From Bacteroidota bacterium (GTDB lineage: Bacteria > Bacteroidota > Bacteroidia > Chitinophagales > LD1), in NCBI GenBank assembly GCA_026391075.1, contig JAPLES010000009.1, positions 32,828 to 96,827 on the forward strand: a stretch of DNA of 64,000 nucleotides, written 5' to 3'. Position numbers and translations under genes: made by a program. The notes under the pieces were generated by a model. That model had not been told where the DNA came from and did not search any database. It saw only the letters and a program-made list of their open reading frames with translations. Below, piece by piece: positions 1 through 10,953 of the stretch. How positions within the stretch are numbered: the first letter of the stretch is position 1; every line of letters begins with the position of its first letter.

Positions 1-474
1 ATCAGCAATGTTTCGGGCGATAGAGTGATTCATTATTACAGAGAAGGATTTACACACACTAATCCATTGGTTTACTTGCGCACTATACCTACCTCTGGTC
101 TCGCAGGAACTCTTTTAGCCAGCCTTTCTGATAACGATAATCAAAGTGTGCTCGCAGTTTTTACGGCTAATCAAGCAACGGTTGCCGGTCGCGATTCACT
201 GCTGGTAGATAACGTGGTGCTTTCAACCACAACCATTACACCGGCAGCCAACACTGTTATAGCAATGTTTTTGTTTGATGGCAATAATAATCAACATAGC
301 GACTTTACCGTTCCCGGATTTTTCTCGGTGCTTACTACTTTCTTAACGGCACGCGATATGTATTTTCAAACTTCAGCACCTACCACAATTCCATTGCGTT
401 TTAATGGGCGAAATTTATTTGTACCTAATTTAAAATCGCATACAGATGGAGTGATGGTGGCCGTTTTTGATTGA
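1..474 (+). CDS. hypothetical protein, C-terminal fragment (frame open to the left window edge)
   Basis: Frame 1 has no stop from nt 1 to the TGA at 472-474. The listed ORF merely begins at an internal GTG (25). No family recognised. Confidence 0.45.
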   Translation: MSNVSGDRVIHYYREGFTHTNPLVYLRTIPTSGLAGTLLASLSDNDNQSVLAVFTANQATVAGRDSLLVDNVVLSTTTITPAANTVIAMFLFDGNNNQHSDFTVPGFFSVLTTFLTARDMYFQTSAPTTIPLRFNGRNLFVPNLKSHTDGVMVAVFD

Positions 475-522
475 CAAACTAAAAATTGTGCTAAGTATTT
501 TAGTTTATTTAAAAAACACTTT

Positions 523-530
523 TAGATTTG
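523..530 (+). promoter_or_regulatory. candidate Bacteroidota -7 promoter box (TAGATTTG, consensus TAnnTTTG) upstream of recA
   Basis: TAGATTTG lies 22 nt upstream of the recA ATG. No clean -33 TTTG box was seen at the expected spacing. Confidence 0.3.
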
Positions 531-551
531 CACTTAATAAAAACAAAAACT

Positions 552-1601
552 ATGAACAAAGCTTCTGACGAAAAGAAAGAAAAAATGAAAGCTCTTCAAC
601 TTACATTGGATAAGTTGGACAAGGCGTACGGCAAAGGAACCATTATGAAACTGGGCGATTCGAAAGTGATGGGTGTGGAATCTATTCCTACCGGCTCACT
701 CGGATTGGATATAGCCCTTGGTATAGGTGGTTTGCCAAAAGGAAGAGTAATAGAAATTTACGGACCTGAATCTTCCGGTAAAACAACGCTCGCTATTCAG
801 GCGATAGCAAATTGCCAAAGACTAGGAGGCATCGCAGCTTTTATAGATGCAGAACATGCTTTTGATAAAACGTATGCCGAAAAATTAGGTGTGGATGTAA
901 ATAATCTTTTGATTTCTCAACCCGATGATGGCGAACAAGCTTTGGATATTACAGAGCATTTGATTCGTTCAGGAGCAATTGACATTATTGTTATTGACTC
1001 GGTGGCGGCTCTTGTTCCGCGCAGTGAATTAGAAGGTGAAATGGGCGAAAGCAAAATGGGATTGCATGCACGTTTGATGAGTCAGGCGTTGAGAAAGCTG
1101 ACAGGAACAATTTCTAAAACAGGTTGCTGCTGCATTTTCATCAATCAGTTGCGCGAGAAGATTGGAGTGATGTTCGGTAATCCGGAAACAACTACGGGCG
1201 GTAATGCTTTGAAGTTTTATGCTTCGGTGCGCTTGGATATTCGCAGAATTGGTCAGTTGAAAGATGGCGATAATTTGATTGGTAACAGAACCCGTGTGAA
1301 AGTAGTGAAGAATAAAATGGCTCCGCCTTTCAGAACCTGTGAGTTTGACATTATGTATGGGTTGGGGGTTTCTAAAAATGGCGAAATCGTTGACATGGGA
1401 AGTGAACTAGGCGTGATGCAAAAGAGCGGTTCATGGTATAGTTACGAAGGAACAAAACTAGGACAAGGTCGCGATGGAGTAAAACAAATGCTGGACGACA
1501 ACCCGGGACTTTCTGCTGAAATTGAAGCCAAGATTAAAGCCAAAGTGATGGCAGGAATTGAAGTAGTAAAAGTAGACGCTGAAGGAGAAGAAGCGGAATA
1601 A
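552..1601 (+). CDS. recA: recombinase RecA
   Basis: Walker [10 protein letters not shown] and RecA-typical blocks ([46 protein letters not shown]). ATG at 552 (MNKASDEKK) is preferred over the TTG at 528. Ends in TAA at normal RecA length. Confidence 0.97.
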   Translation: MNKASDEKKEKMKALQLTLDKLDKAYGKGTIMKLGDSKVMGVESIPTGSLGLDIALGIGGLPKGRVIEIYGPESSGKTTLAIQAIANCQRLGGIAAFIDAEHAFDKTYAEKLGVDVNNLLISQPDDGEQALDITEHLIRSGAIDIIVIDSVAALVPRSELEGEMGESKMGLHARLMSQALRKLTGTISKTGCCCIFINQLREKIGVMFGNPETTTGGNALKFYASVRLDIRRIGQLKDGDNLIGNRTRVKVVKNKMAPPFRTCEFDIMYGLGVSKNGEIVDMGSELGVMQKSGSWYSYEGTKLGQGRDGVKQMLDDNPGLSAEIEAKIKAKVMAGIEVVKVDAEGEEAE

Positions 1602-1632
1602 TTAGCAGAAGTTTATTTAATTGACAAGAGAG

Positions 1633-1670
1633 CAAGCGCAGAAAAAAATTCTGCGCTTGTTTTATTTTTA
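1633..1670 (+). terminator. rho-independent terminator after recA
   Basis: caagcgcag (1633-1641) pairs with ctgcgcttg (1651-1659), followed by ttttattttt. Confidence 0.7.
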
Positions 1671-1692
1671 CCTTGAACCAAAATTCAAAACC

Positions 1693-2841
1693 ATGAAAAA
1701 ATATTTACTCGCCTTAATCGCACTCGTTCTCTCTGTGTCTGCGTTTTCTATTACATCTTTTACGCTCAACATGAATTATGAAAACACGGCAAGAGATTTT
1801 TTAGTGCATCTACCCACGGGATTTACCACTGCACAGCATGTTCCGATTGTGCTCAACATGCATGGACTTGGCTCTAATGGAGGGCAGCAGGAATTTTATT
1901 CGCGTATGAGTGAAACTTCAGACGCTAATAATTTTGTGGTGGTTTATCCGAATGGTATTGGGAACTCATGGAACTCGGGATTTACTGCGCCTTACAATAG
2001 TTCGCCAGATGATGTGGGTTTTCTTTCGAAAATTATTGACACGCTTGCGCTGCTTTACAATATTGATTTGAACCGCGTATATGCAACCGGTATGAGCAAC
2101 GGTGGCTTTCAAAGTTACCGTCTTGCCTGCGATTTGGAGAACCGCATTGCTGCTATTGCTTCTGTAACGGGAACTATTAGTACGCTTACCGCTTTTAATT
2201 GCACGAGTCAATCGCGCAAAGTACCTGTGTTGCATATTCACGGAACGGAAGACCCGCTTGTGCCTTATGGAGGCGATGTGGGTTTTAAGAGTGTGGAAGA
2301 GACACTTAGTTTTTGGTTGGGACAAGACCAGTGCAGTGCAGTGAGCGATACGATTGCTTTGCCGAATATTAATTTGCTTGACAGTTCAACTGTGGAGCGG
2401 ATTCGTTATCAAAGTTGTGGTGATGGAACAGAAGTTTGGTTCTACAAAATAACAGGTGGTGGACATACCTGGCCCAACGCCACTTTCGATTATATCTACG
2501 GACCAACGAACAGAGACCTTGATGCAAGCCAGGAGATTTGGAATTTTTTCAATCGCTTTACTTTGAATGGACCGAACCGCTTGGAGGAAGTGAAAGAGGA
2601 AGATGTCGTAACTGTGTTTCCGAATCCGAGTAATGGGAAATACGAAATACGAATTGGGAAATACGAAATGGAACAGCCAATGCAGGTTTCTGTTTTTGAT
2701 ATGAGTGAAAGGAATGTTTTGCAACAGAAGGTTGTTTCGTCTTCTACCGAAGTAAATTTGTGTGCAATGGAGAGCGGGGTTTATTTTTTACGAGTAAAAG
2801 GAAAAGATTTTTTTGTGACGAAGAAGATTTTGAAAAATTAG
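1693..2841 (+). CDS. secreted esterase of the PHB-depolymerase/LpqC family with T9SS C-terminal domain
   Basis: Signal peptide MKKYLLALIALVLSVSAFS. HGLGSNG and GMSNGG nucleophile elbow, HIHGTEDPLVPY. C-terminus VFPNPSNGKYEIRI...GVYFLRV is a T9SS CTD. The TTG at 1621 is rejected because it overlaps the recA terminator. Confidence 0.8.
   Translation: MKKYLLALIALVLSVSAFSITSFTLNMNYENTARDFLVHLPTGFTTAQHVPIVLNMHGLGSNGGQQEFYSRMSETSDANNFVVVYPNGIGNSWNSGFTAPYNSSPDDVGFLSKIIDTLALLYNIDLNRVYATGMSNGGFQSYRLACDLENRIAAIASVTGTISTLTAFNCTSQSRKVPVLHIHGTEDPLVPYGGDVGFKSVEETLSFWLGQDQCSAVSDTIALPNINLLDSSTVERIRYQSCGDGTEVWFYKITGGGHTWPNATFDYIYGPTNRDLDASQEIWNFFNRFTLNGPNRLEEVKEEDVVTVFPNPSNGKYEIRIGKYEMEQPMQVSVFDMSERNVLQQKVVSSSTEVNLCAMESGVYFLRVKGKDFFVTKKILKN
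2638..2672. repeat. heptamer tandem repeat (aaatacg aaatacg aattggg aaatacg aaatgga) inside the T9SS CTD codons
   Basis: Five consecutive 7-nt units read directly; they encode KYEIRIGKYEME. Confidence 0.8.
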
Positions 2842-2842
2842 C

Positions 2843-4084
2843 ATGTCGGTACAAACCATTCTAAAGTTTTTGAAAAACAACCCTCTGCTGTGCATTGTAG
2901 TTCTACTAAGCCCTTATCTTATAGTTAAATCAATTTATGGTGGGGAGTTCAATACTTATTTAGAAGCCGCAAAACAATTACGAGCAGGAGTTGATTGCTA
3001 CAATATTTGGCTTACACATGATAATGGAACATCAACACAATATGGTTATAGTCCCCTATTCGCAACACTCTTAATTCCGTTTACATTTTTGCCATCTTGG
3101 GTTCCTTCCCTTTTGTTTCTTCTAGCAGATGTTGTTATGCTGTTTCGGGTTTTTCGTTTGATTACTGAATGGTTACAGCTTAAAGAATTCTCCGGGAAAA
3201 ATTTATGGTTAAGCTTGGTCCTTATTTTTTCTTTAAGGTTTATTCTACACAATTTTGAAATGGTGCAACTCAACATTTTTTTATTGTGGCTTTCACTGGA
3301 AGGGTTACAGCAAATATTTTTTTCGAAAAGAATTCTGCTTGGAACTTTTCTGATTTCATTAGGAATTAATTTCAAAATTTTACCTGTTGTTTTTGTGCCT
3401 TACTTGTTGTACCGAAAAGAATTCCAATCGGTTGGTCTAATATGTGGATGGGGTTTGTTGTTCGCAATACTGCCTGCTTCTGTTTTTGGTTTTGACTTTA
3501 ATACCCAGTTACATTCAGAGTGGTTAAACATTATCAATCCGTTTAATGAAAAATATGGTATCGGGCAAAACATAGAAAGCTATCGCATTCACGGTTTGTC
3601 GGCATTGTTTGTTGCTTATTTTTCAAAATACAATAACGATACTTTTCAGTGGTTGATTGTTTCGTTGAGCGACCAGGGCGTTCAATTATTGACAACCCTT
3701 TCTCGGTTAGCTTTTATTACTCTTACCTTTTACTTTTTGCGTACAAAACCTTTTTCTTCGTTTCAATCATCCCGCCATTTTGCATTTGAGGTTTCCTATT
3801 TGCTTTTGATTACTCCGCTCATTTTCCCACAACAGAATAAGTGGGCTTTTGTTTACATTCTCCCGGCTTTAGGATTAATATTTTATTCTTTGTTACAAAA
3901 ACAGAAAAGTTTTTTTTCAATCAAAGTGGTATTACTGTTGGCTGTTTTTATATTAACAACCCTCACTACCGATGGAATCATAGGGAAGCAACTGAATTAT
4001 TATACCGAATGTTTAAAGTTGGTGACCATAGGAACTATTTTAATAGTTCCGATATTAATGCTATCAAAACCAGAAGAAACATAG
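2843..4084 (+). CDS. polytopic membrane protein, GT-C fold glycosyltransferase-like (GT87/DUF2029-like)
   Basis: 413 aa, many hydrophobic helices, no soluble domain. The family assignment is from general resemblance only. Confidence 0.45.
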   Translation: MSVQTILKFLKNNPLLCIVVLLSPYLIVKSIYGGEFNTYLEAAKQLRAGVDCYNIWLTHDNGTSTQYGYSPLFATLLIPFTFLPSWVPSLLFLLADVVMLFRVFRLITEWLQLKEFSGKNLWLSLVLIFSLRFILHNFEMVQLNIFLLWLSLEGLQQIFFSKRILLGTFLISLGINFKILPVVFVPYLLYRKEFQSVGLICGWGLLFAILPASVFGFDFNTQLHSEWLNIINPFNEKYGIGQNIESYRIHGLSALFVAYFSKYNNDTFQWLIVSLSDQGVQLLTTLSRLAFITLTFYFLRTKPFSSFQSSRHFAFEVSYLLLITPLIFPQQNKWAFVYILPALGLIFYSLLQKQKSFFSIKVVLLLAVFILTTLTTDGIIGKQLNYYTECLKLVTIGTILIVPILMLSKPEET

Positions 4085-4288
4085 CGAGTTCCACTTTTCT
4101 TCTGCGCAGGCCTCTCAGCTTTGAGATGAACCTGCGAGAGTGAAACACAAAAAACAAAAAAGCGCGAAGGTGTTGCAGTTTGATGCTATTGTTCTCCACA
4201 GATTTCATCGGGGGTTATTAGAGTTAAAGTCCTTCGAACTTTCGCTGTTTGCTTTTCTAATTTATCTTTCGGATTCAATACTCAAAAA

Positions 4289-7200
4289 ATGAAGCCGTTC
4301 AAAACAATTCTCCTGAGTTTTTTTTGTGTGATATTATTTTCCGCCCAAGCTTCGGAACCAGCATTAAAATTTATTGAAAACAAAAATCAGTTTGATGCAC
4401 GTGCCTTGTATATGGCGGAGATGAAAGGAGGAGGAATTTTTTTGGAGCGCTCGTGTTTTACTTATGTTTTTTATAACGGCAATGATTTGAATGCAATTGA
4501 AGAACAAATGCACGATGGAAATTATGCCCGTGTTGATGAATTGCCTTTGCGCGGACACGCCTACAAAATGCATTTGCAAAATGCGAATGAAGCTGCAACA
4601 GTTATCGGTGAAGAGAAGTGCCGTGAGCAATACAATTATTTTTTGGGAAACGATAAATCGAAATGGGCGGGGAATGTGCCGTTGTATGGTGCGGTTAATT
4701 ATCATGAAGTGTATCCGCAAATTGATTTGAAAGTTTATAGTGAAGGCATGAATGCGAAGTATGATTTTATTGCCGCAGCAGGTGCTGATGTTTCGAAAAT
4801 TGCTTTGCTGTTTGAAGGAACAGATGGGTTGGAATTGGAGGATGGCGTTTTGAAAATTAAAACTTCGGTGGCTACGATTGTGGAGCAACGACCTTTTGCT
4901 TTTCAACTAATTGATGGCAAGAAAAAGGAAGTGCGTTGTGAGTACGCTTTGCAAAACGAAACGGTGACGTTTAATTTTACCGATGGATATAATCACAGTT
5001 ATGAATTAGTGATTGACCCCGTTATTGTAGCGGCAACTTATTCGGGCACTACATATCGAGCGTATGCACACAGCGCAGCGTATGACCAACACGGAAATAT
5101 TTATTCGGCAGGCAGAGCGTTTTCAGTAAATGCCAACGGTACCGGTGCCGGGTATCCGGCTACAGCGGGTGCGTTTCAAACTACGCATCATGGCGGCTAT
5201 CAGGATATATGCGTGAGCAAGTATAACCCCGATGGTTCATCGCTGTTATGGGCAACATATATTGGCGGTAGCGGACAGGAGCAACCGCACAGTTTGTTTG
5301 TAGATGCCAACGACCAGTTGTATATCTACGGCACTTCGAACTCTACCAATTATCCGGTGAGTGCGAATGCATATCAACCCGTGAATCTTCCTGATAATTT
5401 CGGAAATCATTTAGATGATATTGTAGTGACCAAATTAAATTCATCGGGTTCTGCTTTGCTTGGTTCAACGTATGTGGGCGGAAGAAGTGAAGAGGACGGC
5501 ACGAACTGGTCGACCGTGGAAAGATATTATGGCGACCGTTTTAAAGGAGAGATTGTGGTTGACTCTCTTGGCAATGCTTACGTGGCGAGTTACACGCGTG
5601 CTTCCGATTTTCCAATTACTGCGGGTGCGTTTCAAGCCACGTATGGCGGAGGATACCAAGATGGAGTTTTGTTTAAACTGAACAGCGATTTGTCATCGCT
5701 GGTATGGAGTACATTTATTGGCGGCAATAAAGAAGATGCCTGTTATGGTTTGCGGTTAGATGCGAACGGAGATTTATTTGTAACCGGTGCTGTTTCGAGT
5801 AATGCGATGACAAATACTGCTGGCACAATTCATACAAGCTATCAGGGTGGATTGTTTGATGCGTTTGTGATGCACGTGCGTACCGATGGGCAAGCGGTTT
5901 TGAAATCAACTTATTTTGGTTCGGCAGGTTAAGAGCAAGCATACTTGCTTGACTTAGACAAAAACGGAAACGTTTACATTTTTGGTTCGAGTCCGAACAA
6001 TGCCTTTCAAGCAACAGCAAATGCTTATCAGGCGGTTGGTGTTGGTGCGTTCATTGCGAAACTGAAACCAACATTGGATTCTGTTCTTTTCGTCACCACG
6101 TTTAATGAAATTGCTCCGACCGCTTTGATGGTAGATGAGTGCGGTTATATCTACGCGGTTGGTCACGGAGGTTTGAACACGAGCATAGGAACATGCACCG
6201 GATTTCAATTGACACCCGATGCTTTTCAGACAGGCAGCGGTGGTTTTTATATGTTGACTTTGGAGCCCGATGCCATTGCATTGAAGTTCGGTTCATACTA
6301 TGGACCAACCGATTCGCATGTGGATGGAGGAACCTGCCGCTTTGATAAACGCGGAATAATTTATCACGCGCTGTGCACCGACAAAACAACTTTATACACT
6401 ACGGCAAACGCGTTTCACACCACAAAACTCTCCAACGATTTTGATGCTACTGTTTTCAAAATAGATTTTCAGGCAGCGCGTGTTTATGCTGATGCATTGG
6501 CTACGATTGCAGGCAGCAATGATACTTCTGCCAATGTGCAGAGTTGCAATTCGAACACGGTGCAGTTTATCAATCATTCAACCAATGCGCTTCAATACGT
6601 TTGGTATTTCGGCAATGGAGATTCTTCAACAATTGCGCAACCGGCTTATACTTTCAGTGCAACAGGTTCACATGTAGTGATGCTCGTGGCAATAGATTCT
6701 TCGAGCTGCAATAAAAAAGATACTGCTTATGTAACAGTGAGTACCGGCTCTGTGGCGGTGAGTGCTTCGGCTACCAACACAGCATGCAACAGCGCATCGG
6801 GAAATGCAAGTGCAACTATCACGAGTGGCACAGGACCTTATACTTACGCATGGAGCAACGGAGGAACGAGCGCTTCCATTTCTAATCTGCCTTCAGGAAA
6901 TTATACAGTGACAGTGACCGCCAGCGGCAACTGCACGGCTACTGCAAGTGCTACTGTTGTTTCTTCGAATGGAGTTACGCTCTCTGCAAATTCTACTAAC
7001 ACAAGTTGCGGAAATAATAACGGAAGTGCGAGTGTGACCGCTACTACAGGAGCAACGCCATTCAGTTATTTATGGAGCAATGGCGCAATAGTTTCTTCGC
7101 TTAATAATCTTCCCTCGGGAAATTATACGGTGACGGTAAACGATGCAAATAATTGCAGTGCAACCGCAAGTGTGCAAGTAGATACAAGCAATAATATTTC

Positions 7201-7873
7201 CGTAACTATTGCGAGTGATAAACCGATTATCTGCATTGGCGACAGCGCGCATGTATGTGTAACCACAACACACGGTTCTTATTTATGGAACCTCGGACAA
7301 ACCACGCAGTGCATTTACACCAAGCAAGCGGGCAATTATTATGTAACCGTAACCGATGGAAACTGCACCGCTACTTCTAATCACCTTGCAGTAAATATTT
7401 ATCCGCTTCCACCGGTTTCTATCAGTGTGAACGGAGACACCATGACGGCATATTCGGCAGTTACGTATCAATGGTATTTGAACAATGCAGAAATCGCAAA
7501 CGCTACTTCGCACATTTACATTGCCCAGCAAGCTGGCTATTACTCAGTGGCAATTACAGACACGAATGGCTGCCGTGTAGTTTCAAATAATGTTTTTGTA
7601 GGCGGAACAGGAATTGGAAATTTAAACGGTGATGCGCGGGTTGAACTCTATCCAAATCCAAGCGGTGGAAATTTTGAATTGCGGATTGCCAATTGCGAAT
7701 CTAAACAGCCATTGAACGTTTTTATTTTTGATGTAGAAGGAAGAAAAGTTTTTGAGCAGAAAATAATTGCCGCTACAACCAAAATGAATTTGCTCATGCT
7801 GGAAAGTGGAGTTTATTTTTTGAAGCTAAGCGGAAACAACTTCGCTATTACAAAAAAGATAATCAAAGACTAA
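4289..7873 (+). pseudogene. SBBP beta-propeller / PKD / SprB-repeat T9SS surface protein interrupted by one in-frame TAA at 5930-5932
   Basis: ORFs 4289..5932 and 5945..7873 share a frame. The signal peptide is only on the first and the T9SS CTD (LYPNPSGGNFELRI...GVYFLKL) only on the second. The repeat motif continues across the stop. PKD-like segment and three SprB-type repeats (CNSASGNASATITSGTGPYTYAWSNG...) lie in the second part. Confidence 0.7.
7670..7704. repeat. heptamer tandem repeat (aattttg aattgcg gattgcc aattgcg aatctaa) inside T9SS CTD codons
   Basis: Five 7-nt units read directly; they encode NFELRIANCESK. Confidence 0.75.
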
Positions 7874-7876
7874 ACA

Positions 7877-8833
7877 CTACTTCTTCTTCAACCCAATCTC
7901 CACCAATCTTTCATTCAGATATTCTCCTGCAGAAATTGGTGTATAAGCAATTGGATGGTTTGCACTTACGCAACTTGCCAAACAATCTAACCGCATTTGG
8001 CTGCGAGGATGCGTGAAGAAAGGAATAGAGAAACGCGAGGTATGCCATTTTTCACGCGGTGGATTTACAACGCGGTGTGTAGTTGATTTCAGTTTGTTGT
8101 TAGTGAGGCGTTGCAGCATGTCACCTACGTTTACCACAAGGCAGCCTTCGGGTGCGGTAATGTCGAGCCATTCTTTTTGTCGGTTGAGTAACTGCAAACC
8201 TTCGGCACTTGCGCCTACGAGAAGTGTGATGAGGTTGATGTCTTCATGCTGCTCGGCACGCACCGCACTTTTTGGTTCGTTCATGATTGGCGGATAATGA
8301 ATAGCGCGCAAAATAGAGTTGCCATTGTGAATGTGTTTATCGAAATAAAATTCTCCAATGCCTAAATGAATAGCAATGGCACGCAGCAATTCGCGCGCGC
8401 TTCCTTCAAATGATTTGAAAAGTTTTTGCCCCAGTTCATAAAACTCGGGCACTTCATCTACCGCAATATTATCGGGGTAATCTTCCTTGGGCATTACTTC
8501 ACCTTCTACAATTTGTCCCATTTGCCAAAACTCTTTGAGGTCGGGCGCATCGTAACCTTTGGCGGTTTCTTTTCCAAACGAAGTATAACCACGTTGCCCC
8601 GCTAGTTCTACCTTTTCATATTTCTTCTTTTCCTCGCGGTTCATCGCAAAGAATTTTTTTACAGCATCATAATATTCATCAATCAGTTGCGGTAGCACGC
8701 CATGATTTTTTACAGAAACAAAACCAACTTCTTCAAACGCACGACCAAGCTCGTGCACAAATTTTTGTTTCGATTCATTATTGCCCGAAGTAAATTCAGA
8801 GAGGTCAACAACAGGAATAGTATTTAACGACAT
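7877..8833 (-). CDS. 2-oxoglutarate/Fe(II)-dependent oxygenase (isopenicillin N synthase family)
   Basis: 318 aa. An HxD...H type core (EQHEDINLITLL ... STTHRVVNP) and an N-terminal non-haem dioxygenase region. Confidence 0.8.
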   Translation of the reverse strand: MSLNTIPVVDLSEFTSGNNESKQKFVHELGRAFEEVGFVSVKNHGVLPQLIDEYYDAVKKFFAMNREEKKKYEKVELAGQRGYTSFGKETAKGYDAPDLKEFWQMGQIVEGEVMPKEDYPDNIAVDEVPEFYELGQKLFKSFEGSARELLRAIAIHLGIGEFYFDKHIHNGNSILRAIHYPPIMNEPKSAVRAEQHEDINLITLLVGASAEGLQLLNRQKEWLDITAPEGCLVVNVGDMLQRLTNNKLKSTTHRVVNPPREKWHTSRFSIPFFTHPRSQMRLDCLASCVSANHPIAYTPISAGEYLNERLVEIGLKKK

Positions 8834-8857
8834 AAGGGTTGTATTAAATTTTAGAAA

Positions 8858-10411
8858 TCAATTTGTTTTGACCGAATCAATATTAGTAATGAGATAGCCA
8901 CTTACTTTAGGCAAACCCCAGTCATCAATGAAAGTAAAAATATATCCGTTCTTAAAATTTTTCTTCTTCAAAAAACTTTGCGCTTCGTTTTCATCTCTCG
9001 CTAACTGCACATTTCTGCCTGCATAAAAAATACTTTGCGGGGTGGTTTCAAATTTGCAAAACAACATCGCGTCTTTATCCATTGTGCGAATTTGTTCTCC
9101 TATTTTTTTATCAAATTCCAACTTAATCTGCGAATTCGAACTCAAATTCATCAACTCAAACTGTGTAACCATTAATACCAATGTAATCACCAAGCCTATT
9201 CGCATTCTTAAAACAGGAATAGCTCCGCTCTTTCTTACTTTGTCGTAAAGTATACCTAGAAGCACGCTGAAAAAAAGCGAAGCATACAAAGCCGAAAAAT
9301 CCTGCCCGGAATAGTTCAAAAAGAAAACGTGCATCAGCACTACAGGTGTCACACTTAGCCAGATGAAGCGGTAACCGTTTTCGCTGAAAACAATTTTTAA
9401 TTTTTTTCTACTGACAGTGAGCCAGAGAAATGCACCGACTAAAACATAAATAAGAAAGTAGTGCATCGCATAATTAAAGAAGAGCGTTTTAATCAGCCAC
9501 AAATACGAAAACATAAAATGCCATAAACCCTGATTGGTTTCTTCGAGGCTTCCGCGAATGATGTAACGGTTAAGCATTTCTTCAATGTAAGCACCCACAC
9601 CGTTTATTTGCGAATACTGGTACACGATGATGCGAAGCATAATCAGAGTAACTGCAAGGGTGCTCCAGATTAAAACGCGAAAACCTCTGATGTCGCGCAC
9701 ATGCAAAAGCGAGTAAACCAAAACACCAAAAGCAAAAAACACTCCTAGCCACGAGGTGTAAATCATAAGCGCGAGCACGAGTGAGTAGAAGAAAATGTAT
9801 TTAGCCGAATAAAATTTCTGTCGGATAATCATTTTGAGCGCAGTGTAAACACCAATGACAAAAAGCGTTTGCACCGCCATATCGCTCATGTAAACATTCC
9901 CCTGAAACCAAAGTGTGATTGGCAGAAACAGATAAATGGTAAACGCCACCACTGCGCTTCGATAAGGTAAGGAGCGCGCGCGACTGAAACTTAAAAGACA
10001 AACCGTGAAGTAAACAAAGAGAGCGCTGATGAAATGGAGAACGAGATTGAAAACTTGTATAGGCAACACATCGGGGCGAATGTGCAGCAACTTGAAAATG
10101 AAAAATGGAAAGTAGTACGCAAAGGGCGGATGAGAAACGTAGTAGTAGTTCCCTTCTTTGTCGAGCATTTTGCCGCTTTGATTCGCGCTGTTGTTAATGA
10201 ATTTGTCAGCGGGATTGTTGAAAGTCATTACAGGATTGTATCCGTATTTTTCAATTCCGTTGTCGTACCAAATTTGCATGATGCGTAACGAAATAGCGGT
10301 GCAGAATTCGTGATGTCTGCTGAGCGGTCGGTTCAGTTGTGGCAAACGAACGGCTACCGAAAGCAGAAAAATTCCGAAGAGTAAAGGGAAAGTTCGTTTG
10401 ATGAAATCCAT
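8858..10411 (-). CDS. polytopic membrane protein, ArnT/PMT-like (GT-C) glycosyltransferase candidate
   Basis: About 12 hydrophobic segments plus a C-terminal soluble tail. ATG at 10411 (MDFIKRTFPLLFGIF) is preferred over 10462. Confidence 0.45.
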   Translation of the reverse strand: MDFIKRTFPLLFGIFLLSVAVRLPQLNRPLSRHHEFCTAISLRIMQIWYDNGIEKYGYNPVMTFNNPADKFINNSANQSGKMLDKEGNYYYVSHPPFAYYFPFFIFKLLHIRPDVLPIQVFNLVLHFISALFVYFTVCLLSFSRARSLPYRSAVVAFTIYLFLPITLWFQGNVYMSDMAVQTLFVIGVYTALKMIIRQKFYSAKYIFFYSLVLALMIYTSWLGVFFAFGVLVYSLLHVRDIRGFRVLIWSTLAVTLIMLRIIVYQYSQINGVGAYIEEMLNRYIIRGSLEETNQGLWHFMFSYLWLIKTLFFNYAMHYFLIYVLVGAFLWLTVSRKKLKIVFSENGYRFIWLSVTPVVLMHVFFLNYSGQDFSALYASLFFSVLLGILYDKVRKSGAIPVLRMRIGLVITLVLMVTQFELMNLSSNSQIKLEFDKKIGEQIRTMDKDAMLFCKFETTPQSIFYAGRNVQLARDENEAQSFLKKKNFKNGYIFTFIDDWGLPKVSGYLITNIDSVKTN

Positions 10412-10497
10412 AGTAGCTGAGGGCGAATATATCGGATAATAATGCGAATTTTTTCTCTTCAATTTCTTTTCTACTCTTGTGACAGCTAATCACATCT

Positions 10498-10875
10498 ATG
10501 AATCTTGACGAAGAAATTTATAAATCGCTCCACGATGATTTGGAAATATGCCGCGATTACATCCGTCAAATTTCTATGGGCATGATTAAAGGTGAAGTGA
10601 CGAAGTATCCGATTTTTGTAGCCACGCGCGGAGAGAACGATGTAGATATTGGTTTGCCAATTGTGAACCGTGCAGACTTTGATATCAGTTGGAATTTCAA
10701 CGCATCGCACCTCGAAGAGTTTGTAAGCAAAGGAGTGGTAGTGCGCGACAAGACGAACGATTTTATTAAAGCGTATAAAAATCCGCTGGAGTTTATGTGC
10801 GTGTTTGTAGCCGAAGAAGAGGCGATGAGTTTTGTGTTTATGCCTTATGAACGCAACAAAGCAAATTTGAATTGA
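10498..10875 (+). CDS. hypothetical protein (125 aa)
   Basis: Clean ORF with an ATG start, divergent from the upstream gene. No motif recognised. Confidence 0.5.
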   Translation: MNLDEEIYKSLHDDLEICRDYIRQISMGMIKGEVTKYPIFVATRGENDVDIGLPIVNRADFDISWNFNASHLEEFVSKGVVVRDKTNDFIKAYKNPLEFMCVFVAEEEAMSFVFMPYERNKANLN

Positions 10876-10953
10876 ACGAATTCTGTTTCGCAAAACCTCC
10901 TCGGTGTTAGTACTTTCCCATTTTGCTTTTCAGCTATTTGTCAAATTAGCGCA

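Noticed and set aside
1621-1692. TTG-extended N-terminus of the esterase ORF (MTREQAQKKILRLFYF…)
   Set aside because: The extension is read through the recA terminator hairpin and T-run. The ATG at 1693 is followed by a canonical signal peptide.
3841-4143. 100-aa ORF overlapping the 3' end of the GT87-like gene in another frame
   Set aside because: It overlaps a longer membrane-protein ORF whose hydrophobic pattern continues to its own stop. It has no independent support.
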